A stretch of DNA of 64,000 bases, from assembly GCA_976551045.1 (NCBI GenBank), contig CDPCPM010000148.1, forward strand, positions 1,178,001 through 1,242,000, given 5' to 3'. The notes beneath the pieces were generated by a model, which saw nothing but the letters and a program-made list of their open reading frames with translations, did not search any database and had not been told where the DNA came from. The translations under genes were made by a program, and so were the position numbers. Below, piece after piece: positions 63,111-64,000 of this stretch; within the stretch, counting starts at the first letter, position 1, and each line of letters starts with the position of its first letter. The stretch is from Glaucostegus cemiculus. Its lineage: Eukaryota.

Positions 63111-64000
63111 ATTAATGGCCTTATGTACGACAGTTCAGGGCCATAATACGGCGATAAGTCAAATGAACACCTCACTTAGAGCTGATTTAACAGACAAGAA
63201 GCAGGGGAAAATTCACAAGAACAATTTATTATCACAAAATGCAATGTTCATCAAAATCAAAAGAATACGAATCATTACTTCAGAATAACAATCAGGTACC
63301 CTTCAATTGTCATGTTTAAATAATGCTTCATTCCGATGTTATTTTCCCCGAACTGATGGAGTTCCTCAGATTGATAGAATGTTCCATGATAGCACAGCAT
63401 CTCAGAGCTCTGGTGTTCTTAAAGTATACACCTATGCGACCCATTAGCACCTCAGATCATTTCAGGTCTTCAAACATTTAAAGAGCAAAGAATTACTTAG
63501 GGCTATAATCCGGAAGAATAATCGCCCAGAACCATGAAGAATAATTCAAATAATGACGCACGTGACCGATAAAACTCTTGAATAAACACAAAGTCACATA
63601 CAGATCAGCTATCTCGAATATTTCAGGATGTTAGAAAAATCAGATCCATCCAATGCCACAAAATACAACTCTTTTGTATGAAAGATCTGCAGGAGTCTGT
63701 TGGTGGCGCTCGATAGACTAAGTCAAAACTTAGCTTTGGTCCAGGGACTTTTCAATCTACTATTTACTACCCTTTAATAAGTATTTTATAACACTGGCAA
63801 CAGTTTAATATTGATCTTTAACTGTTAAAATGACCATCAAATCTGAAGCGTCTGCTAATAGTAAAAGTATTGGATACTAGCCTACTTTGAAGCTATTTCA
63901 AATCGGAGCTTTGCCGACTTGATCCATTTTCAAAGACTTTGAAGACAAGCAACAAATTCTTTTCCAGGAAAATGCCAAGGAAATGCCACTAAATGCTGAA

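Overview
Eukaryotic, repeat-dense vertebrate DNA. The repeat content (CR1/HER1-type LINEs with an SGNH-esterase ORF1, tRNA-derived V-SINEs with a CR1-like tail, AT-rich L1/Tx1, Rex1/Babar) points to a cartilaginous fish; this is an inference. The window holds a local array of five two-exon class A GPCR genes of the GPR139/GPR142-like type: A (-, 285-1826), B (7904-10996), C (21020-23368), D (40140-41595) and E (55877-59151). All share a phase-1 intron inside TM1 (exon 1 of A was not found), and all show lesions. E has one nonsense codon, C has two mutually compensating frameshifts, and A, B and D are heavily decayed. C and D lie in a duplicated block. A degraded class III (ERV-L/S-like) endogenous retrovirus with a gamma-type env remnant and two dissimilar LTRs lies at about 11.1-18.0 kb (-). 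Two stacks of nested LINEs fill about 24.4-38.7 kb and 42-52.4 kb. There is also a 17-bp minisatellite, several microsatellites and two assembly gaps. The best candidate for an under-described system is the GPR139-like array as a birth-and-death, possibly chemosensory, receptor family. Repeat boundaries are read by eye and approximate.
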